Below are positions 56,084 through 64,000 of a stretch of 64,000 bases of DNA, in pieces. Under the pieces are notes generated by a model. The model searched no databases. It worked only from the letters and a program-made list of their open reading frames with translations, and had not been told where the DNA came from. Source of the DNA: an uncultured Thermoleophilia bacterium (lineage in GTDB: Bacteria > Actinomycetota > Thermoleophilia > UBA2241); contig CAWFDC010000010.1 of NCBI GenBank assembly GCA_963814545.1, positions 3,786 to 67,785 of the forward strand, read 5' to 3'. How positions within the stretch are numbered: the first letter of the stretch is position 1; each line of letters opens with the position of its first letter. The translations under genes were made by a program, and so were the position numbers.

Positions 56084-57946
56084 CTAGATGCCCAGCGCTT
56101 CGCGCTTCGCCGCGATGTGTGCGAGCATCCCGGCGACCGCCTCCTTGGCGTCGGTCTCGACGGCGAGCTTGCCGCCGGTCACGCCGGGGAGGTCCTGGGT
56201 CACGAGCTGCACCAGCCGCGGCGCGCCGGTCACGAAGGGCACCGGGCTGACGTGCGTGTAGAGGCCGAAGGCCAGGGCCGCCATGGCGTCGATCGTCGCC
56301 TTCTGCTCCATGTACTCGGGAGCCGTTGCCACGACGGGCAACGCCGGCACGTCGACGCCGAGGGCGTCGGCGATGGCGCCGACCAGCACCAGGATGCGGC
56401 CGGTGTCGGTGCAGGTGCCGAAGCTCAGCACCGGCGGGATCCCGAGGAGCTCGCAGACGGCCTTGAGGCCGGGGCCGGCGAGCTCCTTCGCCTCGGGCGC
56501 TTCGAGGCCGGCGACCTGGACGGCGGCGTTGCCGCAGCCCATGGCCAGCACGAGCACGTCGTTCTTGATGAGCTCCTTCGCGACCTCGACGGTCATGCAG
56601 TCCTGGCCGGAGTCGCGCAGCGTGGTGCAGCTGACGAGGCCGGCGACGCCCTTGAGGGTGCCGTTCTTGATCACGTCGAGCAGCGGGTCGAGCGAGCCGC
56701 CGAGGGCGCCGAGGATGCTCTCGGTCGAGAAGCCGGCGACGGCGTCGCCGGTGCGCAGCTCGGGCGCACCGTTGCCCATCGCCTTGCGCTTGGGGTAGTT
56801 GGCGACCGCCATGGCGATCAGCTGCTGCGCCTGGTCGGCGGCCTTGGCGGGGTCGAAGATGACGCCCTCGTCCATGCCCGGCACACCGACGAGATCGCTC
56901 ACGGGCACGAGCAGGGTGCCGTGCCGGTGACAGGTGTCGGCCAGCGTCGGTACGGTGCAGTTCATGTCGGCGGCGAACACGTCGAGGCCGCCGGTCGCCA
57001 CGGCGAGCTCCTCGTTCAGCCAGTTGCCGGTGAGGCCGACGAAGACGTCGTCCACCTCGAAGCGCTGGACGAGCTCCTGGCCGGTCTCGATCGAACCGAC
57101 GATGCGCAGGCCCTTGGCGCCGGCCGCCTTGGCCTTCGCCTGGGCGGCCTCGGTGTGGGCCGCGTCGATCAGCGCCGCGCCCATCATGGGCTCGTGGCCG
57201 TTGACGGCGATGTTCACGTAGTCGCCGTCGATGATGCCGAGGTCGGTCTTGATGGCGTGCGGCGTCGGGGTGCCGAAGAGGGCGTCCTGGACGAACTCGA
57301 GCGGCACCTGCACGCCGTACGCGGTGGCGATGCCGAGGCGCAGGCTCTTGAGGGCGAGCGAGACGTAGTCGCCGTTGACGTTGGTGAGACAGTTGGCGGT
57401 CGCGACCGTGTTCTCCTGGAGGGCGCCGCCGGGGAAGATGCCGAGCTCCTCCCACACCTTCTGGCGCGGCGCCGGGGCGAAGGCCTTGACCAAGGGGGAG
57501 GGGTCCTTGTGGTCGCGGGCCAGCTCGGCGATGAGGGCCGTCGAGAGGCGCTTCGGCAGCGTGTCCTTCGGCTCGACCTCGAGGCCGATCGCGCCGGCGA
57601 GCGTCTCCAGCTTGCCCCAGTCCTTGACCTCGAAGGTGCCGCCGGGCGTGGCCTCGGCGAGGGTCTTGAACACCTCGTTGGCGTGGTACATGTAGGTCGC
57701 GGTGCCCATCGTGTTCTGCAGGAGGAAATTGCGCATCGCCATGCCGTCGGCGTCGATGCCGCAGACGCCCCGCGGCGCCTTGGGCGTGATGCGGCAGGGG
57801 CCCTGCGAGCAGAGCGAGCAGCGGATGCCGCCCTCGCAGAAGCTGCAGCGCTTGCCCTGCGCCTCCATCCTGTCCCACACCGTCTCTTCGCCGGCGGCAC
57901 GGGCCCTCTCCACCATCGTGTTGACTGAGCCGTGATAGCTGTCCAT
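56084..57946 (-). CDS. cooS: Anaerobic (Ni,Fe) carbon-monoxide dehydrogenase catalytic subunit
   Basis: ATG 57944-57946 is preceded by ggagga. CSFCEGGIRCSLCSQGPCRITPKAPRGVCGIDADGMAMRNFL (B/D-cluster Cys pattern), LAMGCGNAA and SFGTCTDTGR (C-cluster region). 620 aa. Confidence 0.88.
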   Translation of the reverse strand: MDSYHGSVNTMVERARAAGEETVWDRMEAQGKRCSFCEGGIRCSLCSQGPCRITPKAPRGVCGIDADGMAMRNFLLQNTMGTATYMYHANEVFKTLAEATPGGTFEVKDWGKLETLAGAIGLEVEPKDTLPKRLSTALIAELARDHKDPSPLVKAFAPAPRQKVWEELGIFPGGALQENTVATANCLTNVNGDYVSLALKSLRLGIATAYGVQVPLEFVQDALFGTPTPHAIKTDLGIIDGDYVNIAVNGHEPMMGAALIDAAHTEAAQAKAKAAGAKGLRIVGSIETGQELVQRFEVDDVFVGLTGNWLNEELAVATGGLDVFAADMNCTVPTLADTCHRHGTLLVPVSDLVGVPGMDEGVIFDPAKAADQAQQLIAMAVANYPKRKAMGNGAPELRTGDAVAGFSTESILGALGGSLDPLLDVIKNGTLKGVAGLVSCTTLRDSGQDCMTVEVAKELIKNDVLVLAMGCGNAAVQVAGLEAPEAKELAGPGLKAVCELLGIPPVLSFGTCTDTGRILVLVGAIADALGVDVPALPVVATAPEYMEQKATIDAMAALAFGLYTHVSPVPFVTGAPRLVQLVTQDLPGVTGGKLAVETDAKEAVAGMLAHIAAKREALGI

Positions 57947-58084
57947 TGGTCCTCCGATTCTGGGGCGACCCGTCGTGGGCGCGGGATGGGTGCGGTGCGT
58001 CTGCTGGGCCGGCCCGGAAGTGGGCCGGCTGCGGTCGTGTGTGGTCACGGGTGCGGAGTCTGCGACCGGGTCAACGGCCGGCGG

Positions 58085-58468
58085 TCACCCGTGGATGAGC
58101 TGCGGCAGGCACCTGGCGCAGGCCCAGAGGCTCTCGCCCTTGAGGCGGCAGGGGAAGAGGACGCCGTCCATCTCGCTGCGCCCGCAGTTGAAGCAGGTCT
58201 GCTGGATCGTCGCCGCGGCGGCCAGCTTCTGGGCCATCTTCTCGGCCGCCGCCTCCTCGTCGAAGTCGGGGGCTTCGCGCTTCTCGACGGTGAGGGCGCC
58301 CTCGGGGCAGACGGCGAGGCAGAAGCCGGCCCCGTCGCAGAGCTCCTCCTTCATCACCTTGGCCTTGCCGTCGACGATCTCGATCGCGCCCTCGGCGCAC
58401 GGCGTGACGCACAGGCCGCAGCCCGTGCAGAGCTCCTCGTCGATCCTCACGATGCTGCGTAAGGCCAT
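58085..58468 (-). CDS. 2x[4Fe-4S] ferredoxin-domain protein with a C-terminal four-Cys tail
   Basis: CTGCGLCVTPCAEG and CDGAGFCLAVCPEG, then an acidic linker and CFNCG...C...CARC. Start at ATG 58466-58468. Confidence 0.8.
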   Translation of the reverse strand: MALRSIVRIDEELCTGCGLCVTPCAEGAIEIVDGKAKVMKEELCDGAGFCLAVCPEGALTVEKREAPDFDEEAAAEKMAQKLAAAATIQQTCFNCGRSEMDGVLFPCRLKGESLWACARCLPQLIHG

Positions 58469-58643
58469 CTCACGTCCTTTCGTCTCGCCGGTCTGCCGCG
58501 CTCGGGGGCGCGACGGCACGGCGGATAAACACTCCGTCTACAGTGGTTACTCTAGGGGGAGGACGGGGCTGCCGCCATTGACGTGCGTCAACCGGGACGG
58601 CGGCGCGGTCGGGGCGACGGGGCGCTCGCGATAGACTGGCGCC

Positions 58644-59861
58644 GTGGAGCCGCGCGACATACGCATCGAGTTTCTGAGCGCCATGGCCGGCGCTCTCAGT
58701 CGCTTCGGCCTCAACGCCGACGCGACCGAGCGCGGTCTGAGGGCCGCCGCCGCGGCCCTGGACCTGCGGGCCGAGTTCCACGTCACGCCGACCTCGATCA
58801 TGGCCTCGTTCGGCGTGCCCGGCCGGCAGCGCGTGGTGCTGCTGCGCACGCACGAGGCGACCATCGACCTGCAGAGCCTGTCCCTGGTGACGGGCGTGCT
58901 CGACGGCGTCATCGCGCGCGACCTGACCGCCGAGCAGGCGCACGCCGAGCTCAACCTCATCACCAGGTCGCCGCTGCGCTTCCCCTGGTTCATGGCGGTC
59001 TTCGCCTCGGGCGTCGGGGCGGCGTCCTTCGACCTCCTGCTGAGCGGGCACTGGATCGAGGCCGCCGTGGCGGCGGGGGTCGGCCTCGCCATCGGGGTGC
59101 TGATCGTGCTCGGCCGGCGGTACGCCCGGCTCGCCCGGCTCACCGAGTTGCTCGCCGGCATGCTCGCCACCGTCCTCGCTCTTGCCGCCGCCCACATCCT
59201 GCCCGAGGTCCGCCCGGCGAGCGTGTCGCTGGCCAGCGTGATCCTGCTCCTTCCCGGTCTCGGCATCACCCTCGGCGTGGCCGAGATCGCGGCGCGTCAC
59301 CTCACCGCCGGCACGGCGCGCCTCGCCGGGGCGATGATGACCCTGCTCAACCTCAGCATCGGCTCGTTCCTCGGCTACAGGATCATGTCGGAGCTGGGCC
59401 TGGTGCCCGATACCGGCCCGCCCGGCGACCCGGCCACACTGTGGATGCTGGTGGCCGCTGCCGGGCTCTCCAGCGTGGCTCTCCTCATCGCCACCAACTC
59501 GCGGCCCGCCGACATGTGGCTGGTCGCCGTCTCCGTGGCAGTGGCCCTGGTCGGCGCGCGCTTCGGCGCGTGGCTGCTCGGGGCGACGCTCGGCGTCGCC
59601 CTCGCGAGCCTCGGGCTCGGCCTCTGGAGCAACGCCTACGCCCGCCTCTCGCGGCGGCCGGCGGCGCTGGCCCTGCTGCCCGGCCTGGCCGTCCTGGTGC
59701 CGGGGTCGCTCGGGCAGCGCGGCGTCACGGCCGCGCTCATGGGGGCGAGCGCCGGCATCGATCTGCTGGGGGCGGCGCTCGTGATCGCCGCAGGTCTCGT
59801 GGTCGGGCTCCTCGTCGCCGACGCGACCCTGGCCCCCGCGGGCGGCTACGACGACAGCTGA
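58644..59861 (+). CDS. Threonine/serine exporter (ThrE) family membrane protein (DUF1212 + DUF3815 architecture)
   Basis: 405 aa with a soluble N-terminal ~110 aa followed by about 9-10 hydrophobic helices. The segments LLLPGLGITLGVAEIA and LLPGLAVLVPGSLG are typical of the family. Confidence 0.7.
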   Translation: MEPRDIRIEFLSAMAGALSRFGLNADATERGLRAAAAALDLRAEFHVTPTSIMASFGVPGRQRVVLLRTHEATIDLQSLSLVTGVLDGVIARDLTAEQAHAELNLITRSPLRFPWFMAVFASGVGAASFDLLLSGHWIEAAVAAGVGLAIGVLIVLGRRYARLARLTELLAGMLATVLALAAAHILPEVRPASVSLASVILLLPGLGITLGVAEIAARHLTAGTARLAGAMMTLLNLSIGSFLGYRIMSELGLVPDTGPPGDPATLWMLVAAAGLSSVALLIATNSRPADMWLVAVSVAVALVGARFGAWLLGATLGVALASLGLGLWSNAYARLSRRPAALALLPGLAVLVPGSLGQRGVTAALMGASAGIDLLGAALVIAAGLVVGLLVADATLAPAGGYDDS

Positions 59862-59873
59862 CCGCGTTCTCGC

Positions 59874-59910
59874 GGGCCCGGACGCGTGCTTCCCGGGCCC
59901 GGACGCGTGC
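59874..59910. repeat. 16-bp direct repeat at 21-bp period upstream of the OFOR alpha gene
   Basis: gggcccggacgcgtgc occurs at 59874-59889 and 59895-59910. Each copy contains the palindrome acgcgt. Confidence 0.8.
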
Positions 59911-59944
59911 GCGCCCGGGCCCCCTCGGGGTAGAGTCAGCTGCG

Positions 59945-61645
59945 ATGGACTCCTTCTCCGTACTCATCGGTGGCAAAGCGGGCGACGGCATCACACAAGC
60001 CGGCGGCATGATCGCGCACCTGCTGAACGCGATCGGCTACCGGCTGTTCAGCCACGTCGAAGCGCCGTCGCTGATCCGCGGCGGCCACAACTTCGTCATC
60101 GTGCGCGCCCACCGGCAGCGCATCAGCGCCCATCGCGATCACGTCAACGTCCTCATCGCGCTCAACGCGGAGACGATCGAGCGTCACGAGTGGCGGCTCA
60201 AGCAGCGGCCGATCACCGTGTTCGACTCCGAGGCGATCAAACCGGCGGGGCTGCCGGCCAGCCTGCACCCGTTCCGCACCGGCATCCCGGTGAAGACGAT
60301 CCTCGAGCAGGAGGAGGCGCCGCCGGTGATGCGCAACTCGGCGATCCTCGGCGCCTTCTGCAAGGCGATCTCGATCCCGTGGGAGGTCCTCGAGGACGTC
60401 ATCACGCGCTACCAGCCGAAGAGGACCGAGCTCAACCTCAAGGTCGCGCGTCGCGGCTACGACCTCGCGACCGAGAAGCTCATGGTCGACCTCCCGGGCG
60501 GCGCGCCGCAACCCATCTTCGGCGGTCTCGAAGCGATCGGCCTGGGGCTGGTGCGCGGCGGTCTCAAGGCCTACGCGAGTTACCCGATGACGCCGGCGAC
60601 CGGTCTCCTGCACTTCCTGGCGAAGCAGGCGCAGCGTTTCGAGCTCAAGGTAGTGCAGCCCGAGGGCGAGATCGCCGCCATGCTCATGGCGCTCGGTCAC
60701 GCGTACGCGGGCGAGCGCGCCGCCGTCGGTACCTCGGGCGGCGGGTTCGCTCTCATGGTCGAGGGGTTGAGCATGTCCGGTCAGGCCGAGCTGCCGATCG
60801 TCGTCGTGCTCGGCCAGCGCCCCGGGCCGAGCACGGGGCTGCCGACCTACACCTCGCAGACCGAGCTCGAGTTCGCCCTCACCGCCGGCCAGGGTGAGTT
60901 CCCGCGGGCGATCATCGCCCCCGGCGAGGTCGAGCAGGCCTACGGCTGGAGCACCCTGGCCATGGACCTGGCGTGGAAGTACCAACTGCCGGTCATCGTC
61001 CTCGGCGACCGCACCCTGCACGACAGCTCGCAGAGCTTCGACATGGGCGCCGTGCCCGCGCTGCCGCGCCTGCGGCAGCTCGACTGGGACGGCGCCCCCA
61101 TGAGCGACGATCCCGACCTTGCCTACCAGCGCTACCTCATCACCGACGACGGCGTCTCGCCGCTGGCCTTCCCGGGCCGCGAGGGAGCCATCGTCAAGGC
61201 CAACAGCTACACCCACGACGAGTACGGCGTCACCACCGAAGACCCGGAGATGACGGTGCGGATGCAGGACAAGTGGCTGCGCAAGGGGCGGGCGATGGCC
61301 GAGGAGCTCGAGGGCCTGCCGCTCGTGAACGTCTACGGCGACCCTCAGGCGACGCGGACGGTCGTGACCTGGGGCTCGCCGGTCGGCGCGCTGCGCGAGA
61401 TCGGCGAGCTTATCGGCGTGCGCGTCGTACAGCCGGTCGTGCTCTGGCCCTTCCCGACGCGTCAGCTCGAGGCCGCCCTGGCCGGCAGCGAGCGCACGGT
61501 CGTGGTCGAGATGAACGCGACCGGGCAGTTCGCCGGCCTCATGCGGCGCTACGGCCTGCCCGTCGACGCCGCCGCGAACCGCTATGACGGGCGGCCCTTC
61601 GGCGTCGGCGAGCTGAGGGCCAAGGTCGAGGGAGCGCTGAAATGA
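59945..61645 (+). CDS. 2-oxoacid:acceptor oxidoreductase, alpha subunit (gamma-alpha fusion type)
   Basis: ATG 59945. The N-terminal gamma-like part is IGGKAGDGITQAGGMIAHLL. The alpha part follows (YASYPMTPATGLLHFLA, EGEIAAMLMALGHAYAGERAAVGTSGGGFALM, QRPGPSTGLPT). 566 aa. Confidence 0.88.
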   Translation: MDSFSVLIGGKAGDGITQAGGMIAHLLNAIGYRLFSHVEAPSLIRGGHNFVIVRAHRQRISAHRDHVNVLIALNAETIERHEWRLKQRPITVFDSEAIKPAGLPASLHPFRTGIPVKTILEQEEAPPVMRNSAILGAFCKAISIPWEVLEDVITRYQPKRTELNLKVARRGYDLATEKLMVDLPGGAPQPIFGGLEAIGLGLVRGGLKAYASYPMTPATGLLHFLAKQAQRFELKVVQPEGEIAAMLMALGHAYAGERAAVGTSGGGFALMVEGLSMSGQAELPIVVVLGQRPGPSTGLPTYTSQTELEFALTAGQGEFPRAIIAPGEVEQAYGWSTLAMDLAWKYQLPVIVLGDRTLHDSSQSFDMGAVPALPRLRQLDWDGAPMSDDPDLAYQRYLITDDGVSPLAFPGREGAIVKANSYTHDEYGVTTEDPEMTVRMQDKWLRKGRAMAEELEGLPLVNVYGDPQATRTVVTWGSPVGALREIGELIGVRVVQPVVLWPFPTRQLEAALAGSERTVVVEMNATGQFAGLMRRYGLPVDAAANRYDGRPFGVGELRAKVEGALK

Positions 61646-62541
61646 GCGTGGAGAGCAACGGCGCGAAGAACGACACCGTGGCGAAGAGTGCCGCCCCGGC
61701 CGTGAAGCTCGGCACCTACGCCAAGAACACCTGGTGCCCGGGCTGCGGCAACTTCGCGATCCTGAACGCGATCAAGGTGGTCTTCCAGGGTCTCATCGCC
61801 AACGGCACCCGGCGCGAGGACATCGTCGTGGTCGCGGACATCGGCTGCAGCAGCAAGATCATGGACTACATCGGCGTGAACAGCTTCGACTCGCTGCACG
61901 GCCGGGCGATCCCGACCGCGGTCGGCGTCAAGCTGGCGAACCCCGAGCTCACGGTGGTGGTGCACGTCGGCGACGGCGGCGCCTACGCCGAGGGCCTCGA
62001 GCACCTCGTCTTCGCCGCTCAGCGCAACGCCGACATCACCGTGATCGTGCACGACAACGGCGTCTACGGCCTGACTATCGGGCAGGCCGGACCGATGACC
62101 CCGCCCGGCTACAAGGGCCGCTCCACCCCGTACGGCAGCGAGAGCACGCCGTTCAACCCGCTCGAGCTGCTCCACGTGGCCGGGGCGACCTGGCTCGGGC
62201 GCGGCTACACGCACGGCATCCCCCTGCTCAAGAAGCTCTACCGCGAGGCCATCGCGCACCGCGGCTTCAGCCTCGTCGACACGCTGCAGGTCTGCGTGAC
62301 CTTCAGGAACATGTACGAGTCGTACAACGAGCGCGTCTACGAGCTGGAGGGTCACGACCCACGCGACGAGCCGGCGGCGCTGGCGAAGATCCGCGAGTGG
62401 GACTACGCGTCGGACGGGCCGGTCGCGCTCGGTCACCTTCTCACGCGGGAGCGGCCGGTCTTTGCCGAGGGTTTCGCGCGCTACGACGGCGTGGTCGACG
62501 TCGAGACCGCCGTCGCCGAGGTCTTCGCCGAGCTCACGTAG
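61642..62541 (+). CDS. 2-oxoacid:ferredoxin oxidoreductase, beta (TPP-binding) subunit
   Basis: WCPGCGNFAILNA, ADIGCSSK, SLHGRAIPTAVGVKLANPEL and VHVGDGGAYAEG motifs. ATGA overlap with the alpha subunit. Confidence 0.9.
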   Translation: MSVESNGAKNDTVAKSAAPAVKLGTYAKNTWCPGCGNFAILNAIKVVFQGLIANGTRREDIVVVADIGCSSKIMDYIGVNSFDSLHGRAIPTAVGVKLANPELTVVVHVGDGGAYAEGLEHLVFAAQRNADITVIVHDNGVYGLTIGQAGPMTPPGYKGRSTPYGSESTPFNPLELLHVAGATWLGRGYTHGIPLLKKLYREAIAHRGFSLVDTLQVCVTFRNMYESYNERVYELEGHDPRDEPAALAKIREWDYASDGPVALGHLLTRERPVFAEGFARYDGVVDVETAVAEVFAELT

Positions 62542-62552
62542 CGCGCCGGCCC

Positions 62553-62599
62553 GGCGAGGGGGCGGGCGGCGAGTCCGACTCGCCGCCCGCCCCCTCGCC
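62553..62599 (+). terminator. Near-perfect 21-23-bp GC-rich hairpin 12 nt after the OFOR beta stop
   Basis: ggcgagggggcgggcggcgagtc c gactcgccgcccgccccctcgcc. Confidence 0.6.
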
Positions 62600-62654
62600 G
62601 TCCGCACGGGCTCCCCGGCGCCCGCGCCGCGCGCCGTGATACCGTGTCGCCGCC

Positions 62655-63275
62655 ATGACGGACGCGACACCACCCCGTCTCCAGGACCTCGCACCGACCG
62701 CGCGGAGGATCCTCACCGCGGCGCGGACCATCCTCGCCGAGCGCGGCTACGCCGAGCTGACGATGGCCGCGATCGAGCAGGAGTCGGGCGTCAACCGGGC
62801 CCTCGTCTCCTACTACTTCGGCGGCAAGGCCGGGCTCGTGGCGGCCCTCGTCGACACGCTCTTCCAGGACCCGGACACGGGTCTCGTCGAGGAGATCCGC
62901 GCCACGACCGAGGGTGGCGAGCGCACGACGGCCTTCCTCGACTGGCAGCAGGCGGTGTCGGCCAACGACCGCGTGAACCGCATGCTCTACGAGCTGCTCC
63001 CCCACGCCCTCCGCGACCCCGAGGTCCGCGAGCGCTTCGCCGAGGAGTACCGCGTCTACCGCCGGGTCGACGCGGACTGCCTCGGCGCGGCGCCGGCCGC
63101 GCCCACAGTGGAGCAGCTCGAGGCGCTCGCCGCGGTCAGCATCGCCGTGGTCGAGGGCCTCGGCATCCAGCGGGCCCTCGACCCCGAGGGCTTCGACCAC
63201 GCCGGCGCGTGGCGGATGTGGCGCACCGTCGTCGGTCGGTACCTCGGCCTCCCCGACGAGCCCGGCGCCGACTGA
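62655..63275 (+). CDS. TetR/AcrR family transcriptional regulator
   Basis: ARRILTAARTILAERGYAELTMAAIEQESGVNRALVSYYFGGKAGL HTH region. 206 aa. Confidence 0.9.
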   Translation: MTDATPPRLQDLAPTARRILTAARTILAERGYAELTMAAIEQESGVNRALVSYYFGGKAGLVAALVDTLFQDPDTGLVEEIRATTEGGERTTAFLDWQQAVSANDRVNRMLYELLPHALRDPEVRERFAEEYRVYRRVDADCLGAAPAAPTVEQLEALAAVSIAVVEGLGIQRALDPEGFDHAGAWRMWRTVVGRYLGLPDEPGAD

Positions 63276-63444
63276 TCTCGTCCTCCGGCGCCGGCCGACC
63301 TGCTCCTCGGGCGCCGGCTGACCTTCACCGCCGCCGGCCGTGCGGGTGGCTTCAGCCACGGCCGGCGCCGACCGACCTCCCTCCCGCGACGGCCGCGAGG
63401 GGCGCCGCTCGACGCTGCTGCCATCGGCACTCGGACTTGACAGG

Positions 63445-63488
63445 CGCGAGTTAAACGGTCATTGAGTTATATGAGCGTTTAACTCGCG
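63445..63488. promoter_or_regulatory. Perfect 13-bp inverted repeat with an 18-bp AT-rich spacer, 49 nt upstream of the carbamoyltransferase start; candidate operator
   Basis: cgcgagttaaacg (63445-63457) ... cgtttaactcgcg (63476-63488). A ttgaca hexamer sits at 63438-63443 just upstream. Confidence 0.45.
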
Positions 63489-63536
63489 GCCCCGGACCCG
63501 CCGGTGGCCGTGTGCCGCAAGGAGGATCACCCGCAG

Positions 63537-64000
63537 ATGAGCCCCACCGCACACCCCACCGGCCGCCGCACCGACCTCGCCGCCCTGCGCGGCCGCCACT
63601 TCCTCACCGACCAGGAGTACACGCGCGACGAGCTGCTCGACCTGCTCGACCTCGCGGTCGCGCTCAAAGCCCTCTACCGCCGCCGGCCGCACACGCCGTT
63701 CCTCGAGGGCCGCACCCTGGCGATGATCTTCGAGCACCCCTCGACCCGCACGCGCATCAGCTTCGAGGCCGGCATGAGTGAGTTGGGCGGGCATGCGCAG
63801 TACCTGCGCCCCGGCGAGATCCACCTCGGCGGCCACGAGACCGTGGCCGACACGGCGCGCGTGGTCAGCCGTCTCGTCGACGCGATCATGGCGCGCACCG
63901 CCTACCACGCGACGCTGGCGGAGCTCGTCGCGCACGCCACGGTGCCGGTGATCAACGGACTCACCGACGACTACGACCACCCGGTGCAGTCGATGACCGA
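63537..64000 (+). CDS. Ornithine carbamoyltransferase-family enzyme, N-terminal 154 codons (runs off the window)
   Basis: Not in the ORF track because no stop lies in the window. ATG 63537 is preceded by aaggagga. My translation is MSPTAHPTGRRTDLAALRGRHFLTDQEYTRDELLDLLDLAVALK...LAMIFEHPSTRTRISFEAGMSELGG...VSRLVDAIMART...VPVINGLTDDYDHPVQ (STRTR and HP-x-Q motifs). Confidence 0.8.
   Translation, partial: MSPTAHPTGRRTDLAALRGRHFLTDQEYTRDELLDLLDLAVALKALYRRRPHTPFLEGRTLAMIFEHPSTRTRISFEAGMSELGGHAQYLRPGEIHLGGHETVADTARVVSRLVDAIMARTAYHATLAELVAHATVPVINGLTDDYDHPVQSMT

Noticed and set aside
50986-61216. Long ORFs in block E: 50986..52983 (+), 51815..53062 (-), 53026..54810 (+), 53084..55282 (-), 56019..57878 (-), 56072..57928 (+), the first ~450 codons of 58583..61645, 59936..61216 (-) and 61582..62694 (-).
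   Set aside because: They show the same shadow-ORF composition and overlap recQ, the SBP, cooS, thrE and the OFOR genes, which have strong family motifs and RBS-supported starts.
36283-62541. The two 2-oxoacid:ferredoxin oxidoreductase loci (36283-39270 and 59945-62541) considered as a duplication.
   Set aside because: They have different subunit architectures (four-subunit delta/alpha/beta/gamma versus two-subunit fused gamma-alpha plus beta). They also lie in different blocks with different composition, so they are unrelated occurrences.

Overview
This 64-kb window is a mosaic, not a single locus. Base composition (estimated by eye from sampled 60-nt lines) and gene truncations define five blocks.

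- **Block A (1 to ~657):** AT-rich, roughly 30-35% GC. It holds a frameshift-riddled internal fragment of a type IIG/ISP-like DNA methyltransferase.
- **Block B (~658 to ~10120):** roughly 70+% GC. It carries housekeeping genes on the minus strand: purA, hisZ, serA, a TetR regulator, lptD, a two-AMIN-domain protein and the 3' part of folC. A 5'-cut SRPBCC gene sits at its left edge.
- **Block C (~10120 to ~46620):** roughly 62-68% GC, and Myxococcota-like because one protein ends in a MYXO-CTERM-type tail. In order it contains:
  - a >1900-aa repeat protein ending in a transglutaminase-like core, a DUF255/YyaL-like thioredoxin protein and a GYF protein;
  - two alkaline-phosphatase-superfamily 'sulfatases', a YVTN beta-propeller, a DUF2249-hemerythrin, a C39-like peptidase, a beta-helix lipoprotein and a GMC oxidoreductase;
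  - a GTP cyclohydrolase II-like gene, a heavily frameshifted leuS, a Pat-type GNAT and a four-subunit 2-oxoacid:ferredoxin oxidoreductase operon;
  - a (C-x2-C)n cysteine-ladder protein, an ADP-ribosylglycohydrolase, an NtrC-type regulator, an extensin-like protein and a HEAT-repeat fragment.
- **Block D (~46621 to ~49575):** roughly 55% GC. It reads nuoM - wrbA - nuoN, with both nuo genes cut by the block edges.
- **Block E (~49576 to 64000):** roughly 70% GC. It contains an rlmL fragment, PPC/DUF296, recQ, an orphan peptide-type solute-binding protein, cooS plus a ferredoxin, a ThrE-type exporter, a two-subunit 2-oxoacid oxidoreductase, a TetR regulator and the start of an ornithine-carbamoyltransferase-like gene.

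I found no rRNA, tRNA, CRISPR array, transposase, integrase or recognisable defence or toxin-antitoxin system. Many long ORFs in the supplied track are GC-driven shadow ORFs (Arg/Pro/Gly/Ala-rich) lying opposite or out of frame with conserved genes. Blocks A, C and D carry many frameshifts, often at homopolymer runs, so sequence quality is a concern.

The items most worth a second look are:
- the block joins themselves;
- the giant repeat/transglutaminase protein;
- the cysteine-ladder protein;
- wrbA embedded between nuoM and nuoN;
- the decayed leuS;
- the cooS-ferredoxin-OFOR neighbourhood.

All functional calls come from motif recognition by eye. None was verified by a database search.
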